DNA of 62,946 bases, counting the filler, from Octopus bimaculoides (lineage: Eukaryota): NCBI RefSeq assembly GCF_001194135.2. It is 5 parts of 5 records of this genome, joined end to end, with 100 filler letters (N's around TTAATTAATTAA, not from the genome) between each part and the next. Parts side by side here need not be neighbours in the genome. Positions count along the whole stretch, not along the records: positions 27,818 to 55,686 come from NC_068986.1; positions 55,787 to 62,946 come from NC_069008.1; 3 more parts are not named here. The stretch is one strand, 5' to 3'. Both the position numbers and the translations under genes were made by a program. The notes under the pieces are model-generated. The model was not told the DNA's origin, made no database searches, and saw nothing but the letters and a program-made list of their open reading frames with translations. Position 1 is the stretch's first letter, and each line of letters starts with the position of its first letter. Shown piece by piece: positions 50,137 through 62,930 of the stretch.

Positions 50137-51435
50137 ACTAGCAGAAATACTCGGCTTTGCCCGGGTTAAAGAGAATAATGAAATCTAAAAACGCCGTCTA
50201 GACTACGCAACCCTCAACTGTTAGTAACTACGATACCATATTTCTACGTTAATAACTCTCCAATCCATGCCAGCATGGAACATAGACATTAAGTGAAATG
50301 CCAGTCTCTCATCTGGGAAGGCCTTGAAATCAATGTTACCAACTGAGGACTATGTGTCTCGCAGTGATAATAAAAAGACTCAAGGGAGGTCTGCAACGAA
50401 ATAATTTTACTGAACACTTTGCTAGTGAATCAGTGGAGGCAAAGATGCGTCTCATTTACTTGAGAATTTATGCACCACATTGCAGAAATCACAATGTAAG
50501 TATATCTGAAAGGGTAGTCTTACACTGTTGTACAGTTGAATTACAAATAATGCTCATCTGTTATGTTCGGGTTAAAATTTCATCAACAGCAAAAATATAT
50601 GAATTTTTATGGGAGTTATGACCGTTATGCATAGAATATAATTTCCAAATTTCATAAAAATCAGTTCAGTACTTTTGACGTAGTTTTGGATAACAAAACA
50701 AATGACTAATGTGTGTGTTTGTGTGCATATGTATGTGTGTTATGGGTGTATATATGTATAGATATCTGTATGCATGTATATATATGTATATATGTGTACA
50801 TATTACATGTACATCTATATATATATACATCTACACATGTATACATATACATGTATGCATATAGATCTATATCTATATATATATATACATATACGTGTAC
50901 ATATACATCTATATGTATACATATACATCTCTCTCTCTCTCTCCCTCTCTCTCTCTCTCTCTNNNNNNNNNNNNNNNNNNNNNNNNNNNNNNNNNNNNNN
51001 NNNNNNNNNNNNNNNNNNNNNNNNNNNNNNNNNNNNNNNNNNNNNNNNNNNNNNNNNNNNNNNNNNNNNNNNNNNNNNNNNNNNNNNNNNNCTTTCTCTC
51101 TTTCTCTCTCTCTCTGAAAGTATCTGTCATTACAGTATCGAAATGTGATTGTTTCAATTAGTGGAATAGTTTCATTTTTAAAGTGAAAGTATTTGACATG
51201 AGTGTTTTTGTTTCACTTTTGACACGTAATACTTAAATACTGGAGGAGATATTAAGTTGCCGTGGGATCGAACTCTGCAAGAAGTTAAAACACAACTGGA
51301 ACCCTAAGTAAGGCATCTGTAAAATTTGAATGAAACTGGTTGCGTAGTTCTCGAGTATTAGGGATTCACACACACACACACAGACAAACAGACATACAGA
51401 CACACATTCTCATTTATATATATATATATATATAG
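50137..51435 (+). mobile_element. Helitron/HINE-like non-autonomous element(s) with nested inserts
   Basis: 5' actagcagaaatactcggctttgcccgggt hairpin; 3' ...acacacacagacaaacagac...cattctcatttatatatatag. Contains an RTE-like tail at ~50255-50295 and spans a gap. Confidence 0.45.
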
Positions 51436-51603
51436 ATAAGTTGACTGACCCATGTTACCAATTATTATATTGTATATCAAGTACGCGGTAATGAAAATTC
51501 ATGTGATAATCTCTATGAAATCTTGATAGAAACACTCCAGTTCGTGCAGTGTTTCCTAAAGCTAAATGTGAAAGACTAAGTGTATAAATGAAATAAATTC
51601 ACC

Positions 51604-51973
51604 AGTCGTTGGAGTAGCTGTGTGGTAAGTAGTTTTCCTACCAGCCACATCGTTCCAGGTTCAGTTCCACTGCGTGGCACCTTGGGCAGGTGTCTTCTAC
51701 GTTAGCCTCGGGCCGACCAAATCCTTGTGCGTGAATTTGGTAGACGGAAAATGAAAGAAGCCCGTCGTATGTATGTATATGTGCTTTTTGTCTATCCCCC
51801 ATAACATCGCTTGACATGCGTTGGTGGTGTATTTACATCCCTGTAACTTAGCGGTTCGGCAAAAGAGACCGATAGAATAAGTACTAGGCTGGGGTCGATT
51901 TGCTCGACTAAAGGCGGTGCTCCAGCATGGCCACAGTCAAATGACTGAAACAAGTAAAAGAGTTAAAAGAGAG
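51604..51973 (+). mobile_element. SINE family A, full length
   Basis: Head ggagtagctgtgtggtaag...ggttcagttcc, CORE-like segment, tail ggcggtgctccagcatggccacagtcaaatgactgaaacaagtaaaaga. Confidence 0.92.
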
Positions 51974-52174
51974 TCATATACATGTCATCTTGCGGGTGCA
52001 CATATATACTCTTTATATCTTATTATACACAAACTAGTTTCTGTAAAACGTGTTTATGAATTTGCTACAGGTAATACAATTAAAGCTTGTAAATACACGT
52101 TAAACTATAAACATATGACATCGGGTTACGTTTTAAATGTTCGGCAAATGACAGTGGTATATAGTACTAAACAA

Positions 52175-53545
52175 CTATTTAAGCAACAACAAAAAAAAAT
52201 TGTTGCATGCAATTTCTGTTAATGAGTCCCTCATTTTGTGAGCTAATTTCAAATCGCATGCTCTACCTTACTTCCAATTTGAATATGAGCTGCTTATACG
52301 TTTATAGTTAAATTTTACTTATTGAGATACATATATATATTACTTACAAAGAATTGACAATTGTGTCTCTTTAGATGTCATCATGCCTTTTTCGAGCAGA
52401 CATAGATGTGTGAATGATGCTTATGGCTCGTGCTATATCTGTGACTCCCTTGTCAACGGCGCAATATCACATTGTTTGTGAGAGGGACTTATGAAGACTA
52501 TATTCGAATTTCCCAAGAAAACCAAAACCGAACAATCATCCCTCATGTTGTGTGTCATAACTATGAGGGAATGCTTCATGACTAGACAAAAGAAAAGCTA
52601 ATTGACTTACCATTAGGAGCTTCTGTGGTTTGGCGAGTGACCGAGGACCACACAAGTGACTGTTATTTTTCTATGGCCAACACAATATGAATCGGCATGA
52701 AAAATACGCGTAAAATATCTTATTCCAATATTCTTTCAGCATCTAAACCTACTATGCACGCCAAGACACTTCCGATTCCAGATTTCCTTGGGTCGATCTC
52801 TTCTGATGAGGAAGCTAGCAAACAAGAGCACGAAGATGATAATGAAAATTTAAAAAATATCGCTTCAGAATTCAAAGACTAATCTAACTGTACCAAAAAT
52901 TCTACCCCTTAAGATTATAGCCAAACAGAACTGAATTTTCTAGTGTGTGATTTGGGACTCTCCAAAACAGCTGAAAATCTAGCGTCTACGCTGCAAGATA
53001 TAACTTCTACTGGAGGAAACAGGAAATGTTTCTTTTTTTTTTTTTTTGCTGGAGCATTAAATGAGATTTCCGTCAAAAACTCTTCCCGGATGGGCAAGAG
53101 TACCAAGCGAAAATTCTTAGCTGAATAACATCTATTTGTATTTTATCTTGCATCCAAATCAGCCTCTCAACTGTGTACACATATAATTTGTATATAGGAT
53201 ATATTTTCAACTGAAAAGCAAATGAGGAAAACACCTGGCACGAGATAACATTTACTTTACACAGTATCAGAATAAGAAATATTATTTTTATACTTTAATT
53301 CTCAATAAGATGTACTAACTCATATATATGAATAAAGTTAGAATCTCAATGCATAGATATTTGTTCTTTCCCAACTAGATTGATATAATCAGATGGATTG
53401 TATCATATCTCGGGAAATATTCGAAATTTGGAAAATAAACAAAATCTTACTGACAAAATGTCTAGATTTTACGGAGAAAAACTGACTTCATATTTGAATT
53501 CAGCATAGCCAGATTCACTAATAATTCTTTTGGCAAGTGTAATCA
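52175..53545 (+). mobile_element. Chapaev-like (CMC superfamily) DNA transposon, internally deleted
   Basis: CYIC (52431-52442)...PHVVCHN...VWRVTEDHTSDCYF...YSNILSA..P.MH..LPIP...ELNFLVCDLGLSK.AE.LAS.L matches, from memory, the Chapa zinc-finger region of Chapaev3-type transposases. The catalytic region is absent and the termini are degenerate. Confidence 0.65.
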
Positions 53546-53579
53546 TCATTAACTATTCAAAATATGTTGATACACATGC

Positions 53580-53940
53580 TATCTACTGTAGACTTCCATG
53601 GCATTCTTTCATGCTGGTTTACCTTTTCGCTCGTTTGTATGGCATCCAGTTTATTTTCACTTCCTATTCTTTTCATGTCTGTTAATTGACTCTCGGAGAT
53701 AGAGACTTCATTTCTTCATAATATATGCTATCTAGTGCTTACATTGCAACATCTATCTTTGATCTTCTAATTCCTGGCTTACTTTTCTTATCTCTACCTC
53801 GATTTTGCTGCTTGTACCTAGACATGTTCTTATATGGTTTTGAATAGGATTTTTTCGTTGCTCCAAATTTCTGGACTTACAATCTTCAGGATATCTTTGA
53901 GGAACATATTCATGAAATGTTAGCACTTTTTGTGGCTATA
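53580..53940 (-). mobile_element. Possible decayed RTE-like LINE C-terminal fragment
   Basis: FMNMFLKDILKIVSPEIWSNEKIL...VQAAKSR*R* resembles FxNKCLRRILxIxWPExISNEEL...QIRxRRWRW. Confidence 0.4.
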
Positions 53941-54169
53941 TATGTTTATTCGCCATACATCAGCACATGATATTAAAAATTCTTAAAATGGAACGCTTCA
54001 ACACAGTTTTGTTTCGTAAACATGCATTAAATTGTTGCAGTTTGATTCGGTTTTGCAGACCCAGCATTGATCTACTTCGCTACTATGTATGTGTACGTTC
54101 TAGCTAACTTTCGCTGTTTACAGTAGTGCTTGGAAAGAAGATGTATAGCGTATAATCGTTACATTGACC

Positions 54170-54470
54170 ATGAGAGAGAAAATTGTCGAAGCGATACCAG
54201 CTCAGGGGCCTACGCATATTTGCAGAAAGTGAATGATGAGGGGTGTATGAGGTGCACACAAGTATATGAGTGGTTCAGCAGCGTTTCCAATATGGTCGAA
54301 AAATAACGATATTAACGAACGTTTTGAGAGACCTGTAACCAGCAGAGGAAGTGCAGATTAATTACGATTCAATCCAATCCATTATCACTGAAGATTTGGT
54401 ATGTGCCAAATTTGTGCCAAATGCGCTTTCGGCCGACCAAAAAGACTTTCGCTTTTGTCACCAAGACCGT
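54170..54470 (+). mobile_element. mariner transposase fragment (HTH region), decayed
   Basis: AYAYLQKVNDEGCMRCTQVYEWF...ERPVTSR...IITEDL..CAKFVPNALSADQK. Confidence 0.8.
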
Positions 54471-55602
54471 GTATACACAAACATAAAAATATAACCAGGA
54501 AATCTAGGAAGACACAAAAGTAAAAAGTGTACAGCAACTAACTGTTCATGTTCCTTTCAAAATACATTACTGACAACCGGAATGAATGTGATGGTGATCG
54601 TAGTGAGAGCGTTGTTGTTGCTGGTATTGATTGTAGTAATCAAATNNNNNNNNNNNNNNNNNNNNNNNNNNNNNNNNNNNNNNNNNNNNNNNNNNNNNNN
54701 NNNNNNNNNNNNNNNNNNNNNNNNNNNNNNNNNNNNNNNNNNNNNNNNNNNNNNNNNNNNNNNNNNNNNNNNNNNNNNNNNNNNGGTGATCGTAGTGAGA
54801 GCGTTGTTGTTGCTGGTATTGATTGTAGTAATCAAATATCGATAGGTTATGCTGCTTGTAAAGCGAGTGTCCGAGGATAATTACAGTACTCACTCGAGTC
54901 TTATAAATTTTAGCGTGACGGAGATTAGCGAATGGTTTGTCCACGCTTCACTATTTTTCTGAAACTGGGTTAGCACTCAAGATAATCCAGAATTAGCGTG
55001 GAATCACGGCACCAACCTAGAATATATACCACGCAGGTTAATCATACGCAATAACAAGATGAAAATAAAACACGGACGCAATAAAAAAGTAACGTTGTGA
55101 TCTTTGTTATCACCATTACCAATTCTTGCGCATGAATACGCATTAAAAGACGTAAGGAAAAGAAGAGAATTAAAAAAGAGAAAGGAGAGAGACTGAAAGA
55201 AAATACTTAAGGCCTAAAATTGAAAATGAATATATCTATAAGGATATACGTGATGAGACTACCTCATTTCACCGTTGCTTAATATTTGTGTATGCGTATT
55301 GTAGGGGCGTACACGCACGGTTGCATGTGTATGAGCGTAAATATACCAGAGATAGTGCGAGGGGGAGAGAAAGGGGAGGGGATGGTAATTCTCTTGATTG
55401 TAAAAATGAAGGTATTATCCGCACACACATATATGTATGCTCACGCACACATACATACGCACACGTACACACACAGACACACACACATGTATATATGCCA
55501 ATACTAAAACATATGTATATACATATACATGCCTATGTACACAAGGTTTTATATGCACAGAGATTTTATCTTTATACACACACACACACATACACACACA
55601 TA

Positions 55603-55686
<84 letters not shown>

Positions 55687-55814
55687 NNNNNNNNNNNNNN
55701 NNNNNNNNNNNNNNNNNNNNNNNNNNNNNNTTAATTAATTAANNNNNNNNNNNNNNNNNNNNNNNNNNNNNNNNNNNNNNNNNNNNACATATACACACAC
55801 ATACATATATATAT

Positions 55815-55983
55815 ATACATATATACGACGGGCTTCTTTCAGTTTCCGTCTACCAAATCCACTCACAAGGCTTTGGTCGGCCCGAGGCTATAGTAGAAGA
55901 CACTTGCCCAAGGTGCTACGCAGTGGGACTGAACCCAGAACTATGTTGTTGGTAAGCAAGCTACTTACCACACAGCCACTCCT
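55815..55983 (-). mobile_element. SINE family A, head half
   Basis: cgacgggcttctttcagtttccgtctacc...cttaccacacagccactcc. Confidence 0.92.
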
Positions 55984-56565
55984 ATATATACACACACACA
56001 CACACACAGGGATTCACACACATGTGGCGGAATAGATACAGTTGAGATGCTTAGAATCATATAGTTGCTCAATGAGAGCTAACCCAGGGTTAAATAATAG
56101 CAACAAATAGTACTCGTACGTGTTCTCATGAGAATCGCCTACATCGCCATCACCAGCACACAATAACCCCGCCACCACCACCACCACAGTAAAAATCATC
56201 ATTAGAGCAGACACTGCCACAATTTCCAACCTACCAGCGTTAACATAATTACAACAGCCATCTTTGCCAGCGTCTATAAACAACGCCATCACTACAACCA
56301 CCACTACCGCAACTATCACCAATCCAATCAGATCACCACCACTACTACCGCCATGACTAGCACTACCACCACCAATTGCATCGTCACCACCGCTAACGAC
56401 GCAGCCACCACCACCATCATCGTTATCATCATCATCATGATCACCAATTTTTTTATAATCGAATTTCACGTGCTACTTGATGTGAAGCGATCCCTGGTTT
56501 CTGTTACAAGACAAACAGAGAGATAGACGAACTGTGAGATCGAGAGATAGAGAGTGTCGTGATGG

Positions 56566-56600
<35 letters not shown>

Positions 56601-56656
56601 TAATGTGGTGGTAGGAGGAGGGCAAACATGTCGTCTGCTCTCTTGATTTTTGGTTG

Positions 56657-56670
56657 ATTACCGTGGCAAC
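56657..56670. promoter_or_regulatory. RFX X-box-like motif
   Basis: ATTACC-GT-GGCAAC (minus strand GTTGCC-AC-GGTAAT) in a locally GC-richer, repeat-free patch. Single-motif evidence only. Confidence 0.25.
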
Positions 56671-57008
56671 CTAGTTAGAAAGCAGGGGGCGCAGTCATAG
56701 AGTCGCACACACACAGTCACTTCACAAACAATTCAAGTCATAGACACTTATAAACATCACGCACGCACTTACACACGCATATCACGACCGCCAACCCCAC
56801 CACCGTAATTACACACTCATGCAACCATATAAACAAATCAGTGCAGTCTCTTTTAGACAAACACACACACACACTCTCTCATATAAATCATACATGCACA
56901 CAGTCTACCTCATACGTGCACCAATTACAGCACCTATGTTCCCCACCCGCTGACGCACAGCGGTTTGCAAGTTAAATGTTTTAAACAACTTTACAATAAA
57001 ATATAATA

Positions 57009-57240
57009 ACGGTTTCAAATTTTGACACAAGGCCAGCAAGTTCGGGAGAGTGTGGGGAGGGGTCTAGTCGATGACATCAACCCCGGTACTTATCTAATAC
57101 TCGTGTTATCGACCCTGAAACAGAATGAAAGGCAATGTCAACCACGGTAGAATTTGAACTCAGAACGTAAAGACGGACGAAATCCCGTTACGAATTTTAC
57201 CCGGCATGCTAACGACTCTGCCAGTTCGCCGGCGAGGCTT
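57009..57240 (-). mobile_element. SINE family B'
   Basis: Tail tttcaaattttgacacaaggccagc plus B core and head. Confidence 0.82.
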
Positions 57241-57380
57241 AAGGATTTTATTTCTAACCCAACCTTCTTCAGTTTTTTTAATATTTCTTCTGAAGTCGAC
57301 GTTGATTTTCCTCTTACAATCATCAATAAAATAAATATAAGATCAGTTAATTTCTTGGTAACTATTTATTCTTTTCTAAT

Positions 57381-57806
57381 CTAGGCACAAGGCCCGAAAT
57401 TCTTCTGTTTTTTTTTTTGTTTGGTGGTGGGGGAGAGTCGATTAGATCGATCCCAGTACGCAAGTGGTACTGAATTTATCGACCCCGAAAGGATGAAAGG
57501 CAAAGTCGACCTGGGTGGAATTTGAACTCAGAACATAAGGACAGACGAAATACCGTAAGCATTTCGCCCAGCGTGCTAACGTTTCTTATATCTTTACTGC
57601 CAACAAGGGGCAACACACAGAAGGGGCATACAAGGACAGACAAACGGATTAAGTCGATTATATTGACCCCAGTGCGTAACTAGTATTTATTTAATCGACT
57701 CCGAAAGGATGAAAGGTAAAGTCGACCACGGCGGAATTTGAACTCAGAACATAAGGACAGACGAAATACCGTAAGCATTTCGCCCAGCGTGCTAACGTTT
57801 CTTATA
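57381..57806 (-). mobile_element. Two tandem SINE B/B' copies (57381-57589 and 57590-57806)
   Basis: Identical ~75-nt clipped heads ending ...cgtgctaacgtttcttata, with different bodies and tails. The second copy abuts a gap. Confidence 0.85.
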
Positions 57807-58767
57807 NNNNNNNNNNNNNNNNNNNNNNNNNNNNNNNNNNNNNNNNNNNNNNNNNNNNNNNNNNNNNNNNNNNNNNNNNNNNNNNNNNNNNNNNNNNNNN
57901 NNNNNNNNNNNNNNNNNNNNNNNNNNNNNNNNNNNNNNNNNNNNNNNNNNNNNNNNNNNNNNNNNNNNNNNNNNNNNNNNNNNNNNNNNNNNNNNNNNNN
58001 NNNNNNNNNNNNNNNNNNNNNNNNNNNNNNNNNNNNNNNNNNNNNNNNNNNNNNNNNNNNNNNNNNNNNNNNNNNNNNNNNNNNNNNNNNNNNNNNNNNN
58101 NNNNNNNNNNNNNNNNNNNNNNNNNNNNNNNNNNNNNNNNNNNNNNNNNNNNNNNNNNNNNNNNNNNNNNNNNNNNNNNNNNNNNNNNNNNNNNNNNNNN
58201 NNNNNNNNNNNNNNNNNNNNNNNNNNNNNNNNNNNNNNNNNNNNNNNNNNNNNNNNNNNNNNNNNNNNNNNNNNNNNNNNNNNNNNNNNNNNNNNNNNNN
58301 NNNNNNNNNNNNNNNNNNNNNNNNNNNNNNNNNNNNNNNNNNNNNNNNNNNNNNNNNNNNNNNNNNNNNNNNNNNNNNNNNNNNNNNNNNNNNNNNNNNN
58401 NNNNNNNNNNNNNNNNNNNNNNNNNNNNNNNNNNNNNNNNNNNNNNNNNNNNNNNNNNNNNNNNNNNNNNNNNNNNNNNNNNNNNNNNNNNNNNNNNNNN
58501 NNNNNNNNNNNNNNNNNNNNNNNNNNNNNNNNNNNNNNNNNNNNNNNNNNNNNNNNNNNNNNNNNNNNNNNNNNNNNNNNNNNNNNNNNNNNNNNNNNNN
58601 NNNNNNNNNNNNNNNNNNNNNNNNNNNNNNNNNNNNNNNNNNNNNNNNNNNNNNNNNNNNNNNNNNNNNNNNNNNNNNNNNNNNNNNNNNNNNNNNNNNN
58701 NNNNNNNNNNNNNNNNNNNNNNNNNNNNNNNNNNNNNNNNNNNNNNNNNNNNNNNNNNNNNNNNTAC

Positions 58768-59385
58768 ACTAGCTGGTGTTTCTGGTAATTCCCGGGGGTA
58801 AAGATGTTCTATTGAAACGCCTTATTACTCTAATATAAGAAAGTAATTTCGTTATAACTGCCACAATCGGTGTATGTTTCATTTTTTAAAGAATTTTAAG
58901 CATTCAAATTCTGAGTAGTGAAGGGCAGATTTAGATCTGCTGAATCTGGAATCAGAAATTTATGTACTGTCATCGGAAGCGTTTAACTGGAAAAATGCAG
59001 AATTATTGGAGTTATGGGCATTGAAAGTGTACATGCATCAAGAAAGTGCAATAATAAAGTTTAGCAGTTGAAAACTGTGAGTAGTGAATAGCAGAATTAG
59101 GTCCGCTGATCGTGAGAATAAATATTGATCGGTTCGCTAAAAACTAACAACTGTAAGTGCAGGTGGTATGAGTTATTTCCCTTGGGTATTTAAAAAAATC
59201 GTTATATGAGGTAGATTCCTTCCAGGGGCCGTATTATCGATTTTTTTCAACAATCTAATTATGCCACGAGGTTTCCAGACATGAGTTCTACTTGCGTGTC
59301 AAGTTTCATCAAAATCAATAAAGCGATGTAGGAGGAGTTAGCTAACAACGCCACAAACAAACACACAGATTTTCCATATATATAG
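58768..59385 (+). mobile_element. Helitron/HINE-like non-autonomous element
   Basis: actagctgg...ggtaattcccggg 5' end; caagtttcatcaaaatc...ggaggagttagctaac...acaaacacacagattttccatatatatag 3' end. Shares terminal motifs with 31269-31928. Confidence 0.55.
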
Positions 59386-59623
59386 TATATATATATATAT
59401 ATATATACATACATAAATAAAAGCAAATTAGCTTGTAAAATCTCAAGAAGAGATCAGAGTAGTAACTATACGAACAAGTAAAGTCAATCATCACATCAAA
59501 GTGGTTGTTCCATGTTACTACTAGTTTAACCCGAGGCAGATCTTCAACCTGGTTATCGGTGCAGCGCTGCACCCTGTGTATACATATATACAATATATAT
59601 AATACAAATAATATATGAGTATA

Positions 59624-59657
<34 letters not shown>

Positions 59658-61856
59658 NNNNNNNNNNNNNNNNNNNNNNNNNNNNNNNNNNNNNNNNNNN
59701 NNNNNNNNNNNNNNNNNNNNNNNNNNNNNNNNNNNNNNNNNNNNNNNNNNNNNNNNNNNNNNNNNNNNNNNNNNNNNNNNNNNNNNNNNNNNNNNNNNNN
59801 NNNNNNNNNNNNNNNNNNNNNNNNNNNNNNNNNNNNNNNNNNNNNNNNNNNNNNNNNNNNNNNNNNNNNNNNNNNNNNNNNNNNNNNNNNNNNNNNNNNN
59901 NNNNNNNNNNNNNNNNNNNNNNNNNNNNNNNNNNNNNNNNNNNNNNNNNNNNNNNNNNNNNNNNNNNNNNNNNNNNNNNNNNNNNNNNNNNNNNNNNNNN
60001 NNNNNNNNNNNNNNNNNNNNNNNNNNNNNNNNNNNNNNNNNNNNNNNNNNNNNNNNNNNNNNNNNNNNNNNNNNNNNNNNNNNNNNNNNNNNNNNNNNNN
60101 NNNNNNNNNNNNNNNNNNNNNNNNNNNNNNNNNNNNNNNNNNNNNNNNNNNNNNNNNNNNNNNNNNNNNNNNNNNNNNNNNNNNNNNNNNNNNNNNNNNN
60201 NNNNNNNNNNNTGTGTGTGTGTGTGTGTGTGTGTATGTGTGCGTGTGTGTGTGTGTGCGTGCGTGAGTGTGCGTGAAAACAGAAAGATTGATAGTGGATA
60301 TTAATCTACGTGAAATGCATCTTAAACTCTCTGCAGGAAAAAAAAAAAAAAGTCAGGCTAGTTTTATAGACACTTCTTTCAAAATTTCTATTCTGTCTTT
60401 CATACGTTCACTTATGTAGGTTTGCGATATTCCTTACTCTCTGAGAGAACATACTTCTCTTGTCAGAAACATGTTAAGCTATGCAAAGCATTAGAAAAAG
60501 AAACCTAAATGTTTCTTGTAATAAATACCTTTAATGCATTTAAAATATCACTTGCTTGTGTGAACCCCCAACAATCTTATATGTACCCTAAAGGTCCATA
60601 TGGACCCCATTAAAACCACTGATTTAGAGGTGTCTACGACTTCTATATCCTTTCTTTTTATTGTAGATATGGTGTGGTTTCTTTAAGAATGCACCGAATC
60701 GACTACTTATGGGTCCTCAAGTTTTCTCATTGGTGCTGTATAAGTCCACATCAATCTTAAACACGTTTTTTAGAGGGATTTAAACAACCTTTATCCAATG
60801 CATTCGAGTCAAGTGTACTTCGGAAGAGATTTGGCTGTTATTTCTACTACTATATCAAGCGCTACGTAGAGAGGGGTAGCAACGCTGGTATGCAATGTTC
60901 AACACCGATAGTAGATTTTTGATCAATGGTGCATTCCAGCCACGACCATACCGCCTCTTTATGGATAGCTAAAAGCTATTCAAGCCAACGTGTTTTTTTT
61001 TAACTTAAAAACTATTGCGTGATATTAAAAGAAAAATTTGCCTGTTATTGCTAATTGGTCAAAGCATCATGAGTCCTTCATTTTGCGCTTCTTTTTTAAT
61101 GTTCTTAAAATATTGATAATGCTATTATCCTTTTTTTGTTTGTTTGTTTCTGTTTTTAATTTATTCATCTATTTATTTATTTTTACAATTTAATATTTTG
61201 CGTGGATAATCTTGTTATCATTTCTATGTTTTTGAAACGAAGATATTTGTTTTAACGTTAATTCGCAGTGTATTGGTTTTTCATGTTTGTTTTCTGCGTT
61301 GATGCTTTTACATTGATAACCTTATTATTGTATTTCCGACGTTTTTATGCTTTCTTTCGAATGTTGATATTAATGTTATTGTTAATTTTCATAGCAATGT
61401 TTATTTTCATATTTTTCAGGATGTTTATTTTTAGCCTAATGTTTTTGACATTGATAATATTTTTATTATTACTTTTTATAAATTTTCTAACTTGTTTTTT
61501 GTTAATGTTGATGATATCGTTACTATTTTTGTGTATTTTTTATGAATGTTTTTTTCATGCTTTAAAAATATTTCTGTTCGTAAGTTCCTTTTTTAACATT
61601 ATTTAATAATCTCATAATGTTATTAATATTTTTAAATGTTTTTTAATGTTGGTAATGTTGTTGTTGTTGTTATTTTTAATGTTTCTTCTTGTTTGATATG
61701 TTTTTGCCATGGTTGTTATTTTCAAAATTTTCTTTTCCTTCTTTTTTTCACTGTGGCAGAAATATTTCGAGCTCTTAGCATTTTTAATAAGCAAATGGCG
61801 TCATATTACGCCGACGCACATTGTGCGTATATGCAGTAATATACAAAAACCCAGAA

Positions 61857-61886
<30 letters not shown>

Positions 61887-61890
<4 letters not shown>

Positions 61891-62079
61891 GACTGACCGT
61901 TGACTGAACACTATTCAATTTTTTTTCTCCGTGTTTTTCTCCTTGTCTCCGTATTCTTTCTGTTGAAGAGCGTAGCTCGAAACGTCAAAGACTTTCCGTA
62001 TTCCCGAGCGTCATACTAATATATACTTTTGTTATTTACACCACCTGTCCTCGTCTGTTGTTATTATTTGTATATTCTC

Positions 62080-62081
<2 letters not shown>
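61887..62081 (+). mobile_element. Short ORF-less hammerhead-bearing element between (TA)n tracts (PLE pLTR/retrozyme-like)
   Basis: About 195 bp with (TA)n on both sides; second copy at 3848-3947. Confidence 0.75.
61955..61991 (+). ncRNA. Type-I minimal hammerhead ribozyme motif (A6U core variant)
   Basis: TCTTT CTGTTGA A GAGC-GTA-GCTC GAAA CG TC AAAGA: stem I TCTTT/AAAGA, stem II GAGC/GCTC, palindromic ACGT stem III, GUC cleavage triplet. Confidence 0.78.
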
Positions 62082-62116
<35 letters not shown>

Positions 62117-62130
62117 CATACATATATATA

Positions 62131-62894
62131 GTCGAGGTGTGTTCTGCTAAGAACGTATAAGAGTACAAATAGAGCTGGTTCACCGTGCCAAATATGCATT
62201 TTCCAGAGGGAACAGTGTATAAATTATAACTATTATTATTCTATCTCGCCTTCATGTATGTATAGGAATCTGTATTTATGATGGAGCGTTCAGCGATATA
62301 ACTATGTAATTATAACAATGTACATGGAAATGAGTAGATAAGTGTATAAGAGTCTATGTATAGATGCGAATGTGTTTATTGATATGTAGGTGAGTATATG
62401 TATGTGTGTACGTGTCTGTGTGTGAGTGTATGTGTGTGTGTATGTGTGTACGTATGGAAACACTCAGTGATGTATGGTATATCGGTGTGTAAGTGATTGT
62501 ATAAGTATGAGCTAATGGATGAATGTATTTTGCAGTTTGGCATGTGCAGAATAACATGTTCAAACTGAATAAATAAACACACAACGTGCACATTGCAGCT
62601 TATGTCGAACGTGATAACACACACATACCGAGCGAATTGAAACCGTCAGCGTTTGTTAGTTTCAAAGAAGAAGCCATGGTTGTTGTAGCATGGAAATCTA
62701 GATTTACTTATGGAAACGGCAACTGAGTATCGCCTGAGGAGATACATATAGAGCTTCTTATACAGGTAAATCGTCAGATAATTTAATTTAATTTAACTTT
62801 ATATCCTGTATATACGTGGATTTGTATGTATCGAAACATTTGTAGCAATTAAAAAGCTGCCTAACCGTACTTACTCTTCTTTTGACTCTTTTAC

Positions 62895-62900
<6 letters not shown>
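62131..62900. mobile_element. Repeat pair X(+) and Y(-), homologous to 17806-18195
   Basis: Direct sequence comparison (see 17806 feature). Confidence 0.75.

Positions 62901-62930
<30 letters not shown>

Noticed and set aside
52795-52830. CTCTT-CTGATGA...AAGAG as a hammerhead
   Set aside because: No GAAA or stem III; it is coding sequence (SSDEEAS) of the Chapaev-like relic.
54593-54837. 53-bp direct repeat flanking a gap, as a minisatellite or CRISPR-like repeat
   Set aside because: Identical sequence on both gap edges is typical of an unmerged contig overlap; only two units and no spacers.
60580-60630. ggtccatatggacc...aaaccactg as a hAT MITE end
   Set aside because: No matching left terminus or TSD is visible (a gap lies upstream).
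61268-61606. Hydrophobic 112-aa ORF as a membrane protein
   Set aside because: Translation of T-rich low-complexity DNA with a GTG start and no splice or homology support.
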